Sequence record: MT478991.1
DNA: 64,000 nucleotides
Origin: Escherichia phage vB_EcoM_011D4
Direction: 5' to 3' (one strand)
Shown here: in pieces, positions 42,310 to 51,310 of the stretch
Layout of the letters: every line of letters begins with the position of its first letter
How positions within the stretch are numbered: the stretch's first letter is position 1
Made by a program: the position numbers and the translations under genes
The notes under the pieces: generated by a model
Seen by the model: only the letters and a program-made list of their open reading frames with translations
What the model was told of the DNA's origin: nothing
Databases searched by the model: none

Positions 42310-42966
42310 ATGCAAGTTTCTGAAAAAGGGAAAGACTTTGCTATCTCAAATGTCCTGCGCGCTATTTTCACAACTAAAAGCACGGAGTTGCTCGTACTTC
42401 GTGTTTTTGCTGCCGTCGTGTTGTCCATATTAGCATTTGTCGTTTATAGTAAAAACGAGTTATTTGCGCTTTATAAAGAGACTCGTTATGAGACTTATGC
42501 TCACGTTCTCCAGGTAGAGAAAGACCGCAATTTTGATAATGCAGCACAGGAGCAGTTACAGATAGTTCATGTGTCGGCTGATGCCGATTTTTCTGCTGTT
42601 TTTAGTTTTCGTCCGAAAAACCTAAACTATTTTGTTGATTTGGTGGCATATGAAGGAAAGCTACCGCATACAATCGATGAAAAAAATTTAGGCGGATTCC
42701 CTATCAATAAAACGAGTGAAGAATATCGTAGACATCTTTTAGGTAAATCCTATTTTACCGATAAAGATTTCCAGTATATTCCATCAAGAGAAAAGAAATT
42801 AGAGAGTATCGATATAGGGGTTATGTATTCTTGTCCTATATTCAATCTCGATAATGTCTATTCTGGTAGTATCTCCATTGCATGGAAGAATAAACCGGAT
42901 ATTGACATTGAGAATTTAGATACTCTTTGCAATCAATCTGCCAGAATCCTCGGAAGGATTAGATAA
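42310..42966 (+). CDS. t: holin T
   Basis: 218 aa; LQIVHVSADADFSAVFSFRPKNLNYFVDLVAYEGKLP and ICNQSARILGR closely match recalled T4 holin. Confidence 0.88.
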   Translation: MQVSEKGKDFAISNVLRAIFTTKSTELLVLRVFAAVVLSILAFVVYSKNELFALYKETRYETYAHVLQVEKDRNFDNAAQEQLQIVHVSADADFSAVFSFRPKNLNYFVDLVAYEGKLPHTIDEKNLGGFPINKTSEEYRRHLLGKSYFTDKDFQYIPSREKKLESIDIGVMYSCPIFNLDNVYSGSISIAWKNKPDIDIENLDTLCNQSARILGRIR

Positions 42967-42970
42967 CTTA

Positions 42971-43006
42971 AAGGGGAAGCCTTTCGGCCTCCCCTTCTTT
43001 TTTATT
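42971..43006 (+). terminator. terminator between convergent holin t and minus-strand operon
   Basis: AGGGGAAGCC-TTTC-GGCCTCCCCT (one mismatch) then CTTTTTTATT. Confidence 0.55.
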
Positions 43007-43250
43007 GACGCATAGACGCGCCTGAATCGCATTTTGACGCTGTATGATGAAAACATGTAGCGTACCAGTCATCGGCTTGTTTGTCTTCGTCAGAAAACGC
43101 GTAATTTCGTTGTATGCCGTTTTCTACTTTGACCAGTGCAATAGCTGTTTCTGGAAGATCAATCAATCGGACAAAATCACCATCTTCCCACTCTACACGA
43201 GCAATATCATAGCCCATCTCAAAGTATACAATCGCTTGTTCTAATTTCAT
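43002..43250 (-). CDS. small protein resembling the DUF2829 / Tad2-like phage family
   Basis: N-terminal pattern MKLEQAIVYFEMGYDIARVEW resembles MxFxEAL..GxKVRRxxW family; low confidence. Confidence 0.35.
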   Translation of the reverse strand: MKLEQAIVYFEMGYDIARVEWEDGDFVRLIDLPETAIALVKVENGIQRNYAFSDEDKQADDWYATCFHHTASKCDSGASMRQ

Positions 43251-43576
43251 TCTGGAAACTTCCCGTAAACATTCTCTGCCAACTTACGTGCATCTTTTAC
43301 AATATCTTTCATGTAATGACTATAATTTTTAGCTAGATCAATGATACAATCAACAAAGAAGTAATAGCGTCGCAGTGCTACCAGCTCAACATCTTCAAGA
43401 TGACCATTTTCTCCAATCGATGAAATATATTTAAATTCCTTTCGGATCGCGTCCATCGCTACATTAACTTCTTTTATAATATCTTTAGTATTATATGCAC
43501 CTCGACTAATCAAAATTTTGGTTATGTCTTCTGCTTTTTCGTGAAAGTTGTCAATTTCAAACTCGATCATAATCAC
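43247..43576 (-). CDS. hypothetical protein, paralog family F
   Basis: C-terminus ARKLAENVYGKFPE similar to ARIMTENIFGKF of 43685-44017. Confidence 0.5.
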   Translation of the reverse strand: MIMIEFEIDNFHEKAEDITKILISRGAYNTKDIIKEVNVAMDAIRKEFKYISSIGENGHLEDVELVALRRYYFFVDCIIDLAKNYSHYMKDIVKDARKLAENVYGKFPE

Positions 43577-43684
43577 CTCTCATAATTTCACGCTGTTGTT
43601 TCAACATTTTTTCGTGGTTTGCTAATTCTATACCTTGTAATAGCATAACCAGTGCAATTTTCAATGATTCATCATCTTTCATAA

Positions 43685-44017
43685 TCAAAATTTACCGAAA
43701 ATATTCTCTGTCATAATTCTTGCTTCGTCGATTATTTTCGTCATGTTCATGGTGTAGTTATGATCATTTAGTGCTTTAATAACAACGAGCAAGGAATCTA
43801 AAAACACTCGATACCGGGTATATTCTACGCTATTTGTGAATACCGATGTTTTCTCGACTTTATCGATCAGATAGCCTAAAACCGATAGCGCCTCGTTTAC
43901 TTCCCTTGTTACTTTATCGGCGCTAAACAACACCGGATAAAGACGCGGTGTGATTAACCGCGCTGCCTCTTTCAATTCGGTTGCTTTCCATGATTCATAT
44001 TTGTCATAATTAAACAT
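43685..44017 (-). CDS. hypothetical protein, paralog family F
   Basis: See 43247-43576. Confidence 0.5.
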   Translation of the reverse strand: MFNYDKYESWKATELKEAARLITPRLYPVLFSADKVTREVNEALSVLGYLIDKVEKTSVFTNSVEYTRYRVFLDSLLVVIKALNDHNYTMNMTKIIDEARIMTENIFGKF

Positions 44018-44029
44018 TGTATAATGTCC

Positions 44030-44362
44030 TTACAGATGAAAACCTGTTACAATCACCGCATCGATCATACCGCTAGGAATAAACGGTTCACCCTCTTTTA
44101 TTTCAACTTTGAATTGATGCCATTTCGCTAATACTTCTTCCGGTACACCCAGCGATTCGGCGTCTGCTTTAGTTTCATCCATAATCCAACTAGGCTGCAT
44201 GAGAGCATAGTTTACATAGTCCATTTCTGGGGTCATGTCATCAATGTTAATATATTTGCAGTTGACGCGTTTCAGAATTTCAAATTCTTTATTGTCAACC
44301 TGTACCATGTATAATTCAGTAGTTTCTGGAATCAGTTCCCACACAATCAGTACATTTTTCAT
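44030..44362 (-). CDS. hypothetical protein (110 aa)
   Basis: ORF in minus-strand operon. Confidence 0.5.
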   Translation of the reverse strand: MKNVLIVWELIPETTELYMVQVDNKEFEILKRVNCKYINIDDMTPEMDYVNYALMQPSWIMDETKADAESLGVPEEVLAKWHQFKVEIKEGEPFIPSGMIDAVIVTGFHL

Positions 44363-44370
44363 AGTTCACC

Positions 44371-44739
44371 TCACTTAACAAAGATTTTCTTTAATGCTTT
44401 CAGGATCGTTGCTTCCGGCGCTTCTTCCGGTGGAGGAAGCAATTCTACCACTTCCTCTTCCAACTCGATATAGTCTACCAGATATTCTACATAGAATGCA
44501 AGTGCTTCCATGAAATTAAATGCTACATCCGATTCACCACAAGCGCCCACATGCATTGTATAAACATCACTGCGATCAAGTTTGTGGATGCTTCCCAGAT
44601 AGTTTCGGTTATACCAGACTTCCCACACTTTCAACTTTCCGGTTTTTGTTGATGTTTTATAATCGGTTTCGTAATGATGCAATTGACGTTGCAAATCATT
44701 GATAATAACACATTTTTCGTAATTGTTTTGAATTTCCAT
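44371..44739 (-). CDS. hypothetical protein with acidic C-terminus (122 aa)
   Basis: ORF; acidic tail EEEVVELLPPPEEAPE. Confidence 0.5.
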   Translation of the reverse strand: MEIQNNYEKCVIINDLQRQLHHYETDYKTSTKTGKLKVWEVWYNRNYLGSIHKLDRSDVYTMHVGACGESDVAFNFMEALAFYVEYLVDYIELEEEVVELLPPPEEAPEATILKALKKIFVK

Positions 44740-44749
44740 GATGTAATCC

Positions 44750-44941
44750 TCACTTATCGTTAAGAAGTTCTAAAACTTTCTGTCGTACTTTGTCAATATT
44801 AGTTGATTCAAAAACTGTACGGTATCCCCAGCTTTGACCGTATGATCGCGAGCAATCCCCATATCCCCATTGTTCAACCTGATAGTATTCAAGGAATGGA
44901 TGTTGCCGAACTATGATACCATCGCGATTAAAAATTACCAT
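44750..44941 (-). CDS. hypothetical protein (63 aa)
   Basis: ORF. Confidence 0.45.
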   Translation of the reverse strand: MVIFNRDGIIVRQHPFLEYYQVEQWGYGDCSRSYGQSWGYRTVFESTNIDKVRQKVLELLNDK

Positions 44942-44964
44942 AATATAATCCTCACGTCAACAAC

Positions 44965-45252
44965 TTATTTTCGGTTGTGGTCACGATATGTTTTAAAATA
45001 TCCCTCGTACCACGGTAAAACATCTGGATTTTTACCACTATACAGACCTTTAACCATCATGTCAATAAGACCGTCCGGTGTTTGATAATTACCAGCTTTT
45101 ATAAGCTCTCTGATTAAAATTTCCCTGTATATGTCTTTCGGATCTTCGTAATCAACTTGTATCGTGGTTGTTGTCTCGCTTAATTTGGTTTCTGGAGTAT
45201 CTTGCATCGCCTTCCACCAATCTTTTGTAATCTTCATGTTATTGAATTGCAT
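44965..45252 (-). CDS. hypothetical protein (95 aa)
   Basis: ORF. Confidence 0.45.
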   Translation of the reverse strand: MQFNNMKITKDWWKAMQDTPETKLSETTTTIQVDYEDPKDIYREILIRELIKAGNYQTPDGLIDMMVKGLYSGKNPDVLPWYEGYFKTYRDHNRK

Positions 45253-45263
45253 AATTTAACCTC

Positions 45264-46022
45264 TTACTTGCAAACGTATTGATCTACATCAATTGCGCCA
45301 CCGAATGTAGGATGACGTTTTTCAAATCGAATAGTTCCGTCGTTTGGTTCGAAAACGGAGTATTCATATAGATCTTTCTTGCCAACATTCTTATAAAACC
45401 CGCCTTTAGTCATAACGGTTTCTTGTACGTTTGCTTTGTGTACGTTGTATTCATCAATGTATACAAAATCAACCATCTTCCCATTTTTAATGGTTACTTT
45501 AAGATCTCCTGGTTGATTTCCATATTTGGCATACAGTGGCGCTTCTTTAATTTTTGTGGAAATTCCATCTTTCATACTCCACTCATAACGAACGGTGCAT
45601 TGATAGGTAAAAGTTTCGACCTTCGGTTCTTCCACCACTTTTTCTTCCTGTTTCGGTTGTTCTTCGTCAACCTTCACAGAAGTCTCTGAATCGCTTTCTG
45701 ACGCGGTTTCTTCTTTAGGTAATACATTCATCAAGTTTTGGATTTGAGCGTTGTATACAGCCTCCAGTGGCTGAATCTGCCCGATATTGATCATTGTATC
45801 ACGAATAGTTTTATTCCAGTTGCGTTGCTCTTGTTTAAGAGACGGATCAATCTTAACAGCCTTAACATATACTTCATGAAGTTTCGAATCCAGCGCGGAG
45901 ATAGACTCGTTAGCACAAATAAACTTCTCTGATTTGGTAGTCGCTTTAGCGCAATCAAAGGACGCAGCGTTAGCACCGAAAGCAGTAGCAGAAAGAACGA
46001 TAGCAGCGATAATGTTTTTCAT
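45264..46022 (-). CDS. secreted protein with DUF1311 / LprI-like (lysozyme-inhibitor-like) N-terminal domain
   Basis: Signal peptide MKNIIAAIVLSATAFGANA; SFDCAKATTKSEKFICANESISALDSKLHEVY..QRNW matches DUF1311 pattern; promoter cassette upstream. Confidence 0.5.
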   Translation of the reverse strand: MKNIIAAIVLSATAFGANAASFDCAKATTKSEKFICANESISALDSKLHEVYVKAVKIDPSLKQEQRNWNKTIRDTMINIGQIQPLEAVYNAQIQNLMNVLPKEETASESDSETSVKVDEEQPKQEEKVVEEPKVETFTYQCTVRYEWSMKDGISTKIKEAPLYAKYGNQPGDLKVTIKNGKMVDFVYIDEYNVHKANVQETVMTKGGFYKNVGKKDLYEYSVFEPNDGTIRFEKRHPTFGGAIDVDQYVCK

Positions 46023-46055
46023 AATATATTCCTCAATGTTTTTCTTGATGGGAGT

Positions 46056-46084
46056 ATCTTACTACTCCCTTAATCCGGTGTCAA
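46056..46084 (-). promoter_or_regulatory. early promoter cassette; hairpin across -10
   Basis: TTGACA-17-TAAGAT. Confidence 0.5.
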
Positions 46085-46091
46085 CTACTTT

Positions 46092-46304
46092 TTAATTTTT
46101 ACCCGCTCGTGCATTAATACGCATTTTCTGCATAGCCATGATCTGGTTTACTGCTTCTTCTTTACGTTCTTGCGTGATAACGTGACCAGATTCCGCAAAC
46201 TCTCCAGAGACCTCTTCCACGATCTCGCGAACTTGAGAACGTCCAAAGATGCGGTTTCCTTCGTAGCTCATAAACTCTGTTACTACTTGCTCGATAGATT
46301 TCAT
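46092..46304 (-). CDS. hypothetical protein (70 aa)
   Basis: ATG; promoter cassette upstream. Confidence 0.5.
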   Translation of the reverse strand: MKSIEQVVTEFMSYEGNRIFGRSQVREIVEEVSGEFAESGHVITQERKEEAVNQIMAMQKMRINARAGKN

Positions 46305-46333
46305 GTGATTCTCCTTTCGTTTGGTATGGGAGT

Positions 46334-46362
46334 ATCTTACTACTCCCGTTTCTTTACGTCAA
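46334..46362 (-). promoter_or_regulatory. early promoter cassette; hairpin across -10
   Basis: TTGACG-17-TAAGAT. Confidence 0.5.
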
Positions 46363-46369
46363 CTGGTTT

Positions 46370-46612
46370 TTAGAAATTTTTCGCTTCTTCTTCGGTCATC
46401 ATAACCGCGCATTCGTGCATAACTTTGAAAACCGGATCAATCATGTCGAATGCTTCGCGAGACAGTTTACGAGAAGCGATTTTGATTGCTTCAACGTCTT
46501 CTACTACAGGAACAAAAACAGTTTTCAGTTCATCGAGCACGGCAGCTTCTTTTTCATTCAGGAAGATTCCAGCGTCGTACAGTGCAACTTCGATAACATT
46601 AACTTTAACCAT
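46370..46612 (-). CDS. hypothetical protein (80 aa)
   Basis: Start moved to ATG at 46612 (RBS GGAGGAAATAAAA); promoter cassette upstream. Confidence 0.5.
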   Translation of the reverse strand: MVKVNVIEVALYDAGIFLNEKEAAVLDELKTVFVPVVEDVEAIKIASRKLSREAFDMIDPVFKVMHECAVMMTEEEAKNF

Positions 46613-46646
46613 TTTTATTTCCTCCAGTTCGTTTCGGTATGGGAGT

Positions 46647-46675
46647 ATAATACTACCGATGACCTTTGGCGTCAA
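46647..46675 (-). promoter_or_regulatory. early promoter cassette
   Basis: TTGACG-17-TATTAT. Confidence 0.5.
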
Positions 46676-46871
46676 CTGCTTTTTTATTATTTTCGTGAAA
46701 ATTTTTCGTTGCCTCTAGGTTCTTTTCGACCTTCATCCATTCCGCGTATTCTTGCGCGGCTACTTTCGGATTTAGTCCGTCTTCGTACATTGCATCGAGT
46801 AATTCTTCGTCGGTGGGCTTATACCCTAGATAAGCCTCCACCTGATTTTTCCAAATTTTATACCAGTTCAT
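46653..46871 (-). CDS. hypothetical protein (72 aa)
   Basis: Start moved to internal ATG (MNWYKIW). Confidence 0.4.
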   Translation of the reverse strand: MNWYKIWKNQVEAYLGYKPTDEELLDAMYEDGLNPKVAAQEYAEWMKVEKNLEATKNFHENNKKAVDAKGHR

Positions 46872-46875
46872 ATTA

Positions 46876-47148
46876 TCACCAATCAAGAGCGCGTGTCTCT
46901 GCGTCTTCCCATGCTTGATCCATTACAGCCTTAAAAACATACTCTAGAGTATCATCTTTAGAGAATCCGAAGACTTTAGACGGAATATCTTCGATTGCTA
47001 CTCCCGCAACTTCTGCATTACGCGCTTGGCAATAATGCAACTCTAAGTTATCGAGATAGCGACCGCCTAATTTCTCCATATCATCCCAGCATTTCCAGTA
47101 ACCTACTTTATCTGCAATTGCTAACACTTTGCTGTTTTTGTTGCTCAT
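46876..47148 (-). CDS. hypothetical protein (90 aa)
   Basis: Start moved to ATG at 47148 (RBS AGGAGAATCAAAG); promoter cassette upstream. Confidence 0.5.
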   Translation of the reverse strand: MSNKNSKVLAIADKVGYWKCWDDMEKLGGRYLDNLELHYCQARNAEVAGVAIEDIPSKVFGFSKDDTLEYVFKAVMDQAWEDAETRALDW

Positions 47149-47179
47149 CTTTGATTCTCCTTTTGTTTGGGATGGGTGT

Positions 47180-47208
47180 ATTATGCAATGATGGATTTGT
47201 GAAGTCAA
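47180..47208 (-). promoter_or_regulatory. early promoter cassette
   Basis: TTGACT-17-CATAAT. Confidence 0.5.
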
Positions 47209-47219
47209 CAACTTTTTAA

Positions 47220-47246
47220 AATAAAAAGCCGACCACAAGGATCGGC
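47220..47246 (-). terminator. rho-independent terminator
   Basis: GCCGATCCTTGTGGTCGGC then TTTTTAT. Confidence 0.55.
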
Positions 47247-47257
47247 TTAATAATCAG

Positions 47258-47653
47258 TTACTTACTAAATTTCTTTTTGGCTTCGTCTACTGCATGAGAT
47301 GCCAGTACCGCTGCCGCATGTGCACTTTTATCTGTGTTGCAGAGAACACCCAGATAAACATCACGCCAAAGTTTAATCATCTCGTAGATCATATCAATAT
47401 CATTTTCTTGTTTGTTGGCGATGCTATTCGTTGTTATCTGGTAAGGTAACGGCTTAATCTGTACTGGTTCCGCCATCGGGCTAATCGGTTTCGGATCAGT
47501 CATAATAGGTGCTGTTGTGTGTGGTGTTTTCCATACGCCATTATTCCACGGTTTAATCGTTGTATCGTAAAGTTTATAAGGATTTTTGTCTGGGTCAACC
47601 ATCCATGCATGATGAGTACCCAAACCATTTGAAGTGATGCGTCGTTCAGTCAT
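47258..47653 (-). CDS. hypothetical protein (131 aa)
   Basis: ORF; terminator hairpin downstream. Confidence 0.5.
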   Translation of the reverse strand: MTERRITSNGLGTHHAWMVDPDKNPYKLYDTTIKPWNNGVWKTPHTTAPIMTDPKPISPMAEPVQIKPLPYQITTNSIANKQENDIDMIYEMIKLWRDVYLGVLCNTDKSAHAAAVLASHAVDEAKKKFSK

Positions 47654-47656
47654 AAT

Positions 47657-47860
47657 TTATTTCCTCTCTGATAATTCTTTCATCAAGCTGTCGATCTTTG
47701 CTCTGTGTTCTGGCGTGTTTGTCATCTCTGCTAATTTGCTCAGAGATTCACTGGTGATCCGGTTGGATTCTTCCAGTGTTTCAACGACAATTGGCACAAT
47801 CTTTTTATTGTTGTACAGAAATGCAATATAACCGCCTTCTGGATATTCTTTCATAATCAA
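47657..47860 (-). CDS. hypothetical protein (67 aa)
   Basis: Start overlaps gp52 stop (ATGA). Confidence 0.45.
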   Translation of the reverse strand: MIMKEYPEGGYIAFLYNNKKIVPIVVETLEESNRITSESLSKLAEMTNTPEHRAKIDSLMKELSERK

Positions 47861-49203
47861 CCCTTCTTAAGTTCTTTAAGATCTTTCTTATATTCCTTCA
47901 TTGCGGTCGTCTTTGTCCAATACTCATATTCACTATGATGTTTATCGGCATCTTTGACCAGTCGATCATACTCTTCTTGAGTAACGCTATACAATGGCAT
48001 AGAAACGAGTTTATCGGCGTATGGACGCAGTTTTTCATGTCCATTGATAGATTGCATTACCTCGGCCTTTTTCTTGCCCTGTAGCTCGATTTCGCCCTTA
48101 ATTACAAGGTCGATAAATTCGGCTTTAGCCATTGCATAATTGTATGCTTCCAGCGTTTCCGCTTGCATCAATTCAATGCGTTTATCGACATACCCTAATC
48201 GGATTTCGACGAATCGACGGATCAGATCGCTCGCTTTCTCGAATACTTCAACTAAGCCACGTTCATTAACTACCACGATATTCTGGGCTACTAACTGCGT
48301 TAGTTTAAAATCCTTCATGATTTGCTCATGTCGAGCGTATTCATCTTCGCTTTTGAAATAATCGCGTTTCAGTGTTACTTCAAATCTGAATCCGTCCTTA
48401 GAGCAACGGTCATTATACGATACAATCAGATCTTTTTCTTCCAGCGCATCCAGTACCGCTACATATTCTTCACGGTCGAACTTATAAGGAACTTCTGATA
48501 TTGTCAGTTTAGTCTTGCCGTTTAGTTCATATGTACCCTCAAGAATCACACCATCGCGATCATCTCGCGGGATAACTTTACCCGTGAATTTTGGGAATTG
48601 AACACTAGGTTCTTTATCCAGTTTTCCGGCAAGTGCTAGCTCTGTGCATTCAATGAGGCTTTCCAGTGAATGCGGTAAAATGTCGGTTTTATACCCTGTA
48701 GCAATACCACTAATACCATTTGCCAATACCATTGGCACAACTGGCAAGTAGAACGCTGGCGGGATGTGTTCCAGGTCTTCGTGCTTAGGTGCGCAATTCA
48801 TATCTTTATAGATTTTAAAGAAGTTTTCATGCACACGAGCAAAAATATAACGTGCTGCACCTGCTTTCTGGACTAAACGCGATCCGAAGTTACCTTGACC
48901 GTCAAGCAGTGGAGTATTATTGCTCCATGTATTCGCCATGAGTGATCCGGCTTCTACGGCATTAGTTTCCCCGTGGTGATACCCCAACTCAGCGACACCA
49001 GATCCAATATCTGCCATCTTACGGAATTTCTTACGGTCGCCTTTACTCTTTTGCAAAGCACATTCCATAACAAAGCGTTGCACTGGTTTAAGACCATCAA
49101 CTAATTGAGGAATCCCGCGTTCCTCGGCAGAATAGATCGCATATTCCTTAGCTTCATTATGTACAATGCTTTCAAGGCTGCGGTAAGTAACTGATTTATT
49201 CAT
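47857..49203 (-). CDS. 52: DNA topoisomerase II medium subunit (GyrA-like)
   Basis: KPVQRFV, LLDGQGNFGS, AARYIFARV active-site Tyr region; start moved to ATG at 49203 after GAGGTGAAG. Confidence 0.85.
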   Translation of the reverse strand: MNKSVTYRSLESIVHNEAKEYAIYSAEERGIPQLVDGLKPVQRFVMECALQKSKGDRKKFRKMADIGSGVAELGYHHGETNAVEAGSLMANTWSNNTPLLDGQGNFGSRLVQKAGAARYIFARVHENFFKIYKDMNCAPKHEDLEHIPPAFYLPVVPMVLANGISGIATGYKTDILPHSLESLIECTELALAGKLDKEPSVQFPKFTGKVIPRDDRDGVILEGTYELNGKTKLTISEVPYKFDREEYVAVLDALEEKDLIVSYNDRCSKDGFRFEVTLKRDYFKSEDEYARHEQIMKDFKLTQLVAQNIVVVNERGLVEVFEKASDLIRRFVEIRLGYVDKRIELMQAETLEAYNYAMAKAEFIDLVIKGEIELQGKKKAEVMQSINGHEKLRPYADKLVSMPLYSVTQEEYDRLVKDADKHHSEYEYWTKTTAMKEYKKDLKELKKG

Positions 49204-49210
49204 CTTCACC

Positions 49211-49573
49211 TCATACACGCTTACAAATCACATTCTTTACTTTATCAGATTTATCAGCCCAATCCAATAGCCATTTTAACGGAAGGATTGAAACAATAAA
49301 CGGGGCAGCAATCAAAGCAAACATGATACACCGGATAATCAGGAAAGCGCAAGTAACAAAGCTAGCGATAGCGATCCCGACAAAACAAAATACCATAGAA
49401 AACAGAGTAATGATATAGAAAGGCCAGAATACCCACTCCCGCATCTTAACGCCTTTGTATTCTCTGAATTGCTTAAAATCTACAAACAACTCTCGGATAG
49501 ACGCGTACAGGACCGAAAAATCATCTTTCATTGCTCTGAATGAGCAATCTTCTATTTTAGAATGACCTAGCAT
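49211..49573 (-). CDS. multi-pass membrane protein (120 aa)
   Basis: Three hydrophobic segments. Confidence 0.5.
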   Translation of the reverse strand: MLGHSKIEDCSFRAMKDDFSVLYASIRELFVDFKQFREYKGVKMREWVFWPFYIITLFSMVFCFVGIAIASFVTCAFLIIRCIMFALIAAPFIVSILPLKWLLDWADKSDKVKNVICKRV

Positions 49574-49575
49574 TA

Positions 49576-49869
49576 TTAACCGCCTTTCATCATTGATACT
49601 GGAATTGTTTTCTGATTTGTGTATAATTGTCCTACTTCAATTTTTTCTTGAATCACCACGACGTTACAATATCCACTGTCTTTAAGTTTTCTGATAATGA
49701 CTCGCTTTTGTTCGTCGGTGATAGGATTGACTGTTCTCACCAATTCACCGCAAATAATAGCACCATCTTTACAATTACCAGTAACTTTCATGCTACGACC
49801 GTGAACAACAACCACATCACCGCAAATCACATTTTCGTCGTCGTATTTGGTAATAACCGTGACCGTCAT
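49576..49869 (-). CDS. hypothetical protein (97 aa)
   Basis: ORF; RBS AGAGGGAATACATT. Confidence 0.5.
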   Translation of the reverse strand: MTVTVITKYDDENVICGDVVVVHGRSMKVTGNCKDGAIICGELVRTVNPITDEQKRVIIRKLKDSGYCNVVVIQEKIEVGQLYTNQKTIPVSMMKGG

Positions 49870-49885
49870 AATGTATTCCCTCTAA

Positions 49886-49907
49886 GAAAGGCCGCTTTGC
49901 GCGGCCT
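49886..49907 (-). terminator. hairpin, probable terminator
   Basis: AGGCCGCGCAAAGCGGCCT then TTCTTAG. Confidence 0.4.
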
Positions 49908-49914
49908 ATGTTGA

Positions 49915-50241
49915 TTATTGTTCTACAGTATAACCGTTGTTTTCAAGCCATGCAATAACAATCTTCTCACCAATTTCATCGAGCATTTCATCAGATCCAT
50001 ATTCTTTGATGAAAATCGATGGATCATTATTGCTTACTACGTGCTGAATCACAACATGTTCAGGAATTGCGTCTAGCAGTTCGCTATGATCATACTCATT
50101 AACGATATCTTCAACACTAACATTATTAACCAAATCAACATCATCCATAGTCACAGTAACGCGACCGGACGGACGCAATGAATATTGGCTACTTTCAACT
50201 TCAACATGTGCACTTTCGCAAGTAACTTTCATATCAACCAT
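49915..50241 (-). CDS. acidic hypothetical protein (108 aa)
   Basis: ORF; terminator hairpin downstream. Confidence 0.5.
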   Translation of the reverse strand: MVDMKVTCESAHVEVESSQYSLRPSGRVTVTMDDVDLVNNVSVEDIVNEYDHSELLDAIPEHVVIQHVVSNNDPSIFIKEYGSDEMLDEIGEKIVIAWLENNGYTVEQ

Positions 50242-50255
50242 AATTAATTCCTCTG

Positions 50256-51257
50256 TTAGTAATGGCTAAAACCTTCGGTTACATCTTCAACCACATAGTA
50301 ACGATGACAGCGCATTTTGGCATTCGCATAATCTTTCGGAATACTTACAACGTGACGAGGATCAACTTTGCATTTAATGATTCGGCCTCGTCCACCGCCA
50401 TAGTGTGGAATATAGTGTTTCGCTGCAACGTGGAGGCCATTAGAGCAAGTGCGATCATCATCTGGGTCAACGTCTTTACGCTTCATTTTAACCGTGCGCC
50501 CTGGGCTATTATCAAACGTATGAGTAAAGAAATCTTTATAATCAACATCAACACGTTTCCATGCATAGAAACAACCATCTTCCCCGATCTCAATGTCGTT
50601 GTGTTCTAAGAAGTCAAACAGACGATCTACCGCCTTACGGCTAGGGTTTTTCTTGCACTTCTCAAAGAAGTTCAGATAGTGCGTATATGGCTTATTCTCT
50701 TTAATAGACTCAACAACTCGACGAGTCAGATTATTATCAAGAACAATATTATGATAATACACAATACCATTTTCGATACGGAAAGCGCCGTGATAATATA
50801 CTTCAACCGCTTTCTTAATGTCAATCAGCGTAATTGCTTTAATAAAATCATTCTGCTTAACTGCTTCCAGTGCTTCCTTAAAGTTAACATGTGATGGATC
50901 AGCAGTATAAACAATGTCACCGCATGTAATAGTAATAAACTTAGTTGAGGCTATGGCTACGATTTTTGAGGTAGTAGTCACGGGCTTTTTTGCGCGTTCA
51001 CCACCTTTTCCTTTACTTGTTTTACGGCGTGCTTTACGTTTTTCTAGTGCCTTGCGACCTTCCGCTACTGCGTCTTTCTGAATCAGTAATACACGGGAGG
51101 CAGTACGACGAGATACCCCAAATGCTGCCGCAAGTGCTTCGCGGGTAGTAAACTTACCTTCGCCCCACTGTTTAGCCAGTTTGATTTGTTTTTCAGAATC
51201 CAGGCATTGAACGTTACGGTCAGAGACGGTGATTTTTGCTTTAGTCATAGTATTCAT
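50256..51257 (-). CDS. rIIB: rIIB protein
   Basis: PSRKAVDRLFDFLEHNDIEIGEDGCFYAWK, TFDNSPGRTVKM, HPRHVVSIPKDYANAKMR, YVVEDVTE match recalled T4 rIIB. Confidence 0.85.
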   Translation of the reverse strand: MNTMTKAKITVSDRNVQCLDSEKQIKLAKQWGEGKFTTREALAAAFGVSRRTASRVLLIQKDAVAEGRKALEKRKARRKTSKGKGGERAKKPVTTTSKIVAIASTKFITITCGDIVYTADPSHVNFKEALEAVKQNDFIKAITLIDIKKAVEVYYHGAFRIENGIVYYHNIVLDNNLTRRVVESIKENKPYTHYLNFFEKCKKNPSRKAVDRLFDFLEHNDIEIGEDGCFYAWKRVDVDYKDFFTHTFDNSPGRTVKMKRKDVDPDDDRTCSNGLHVAAKHYIPHYGGGRGRIIKCKVDPRHVVSIPKDYANAKMRCHRYYVVEDVTEGFSHY

Positions 51258-51310
51258 TCCTCTATTAGTTGGGCGACTATCGCCGCCCGATTCACATCAT
51301 TATAACAGAA

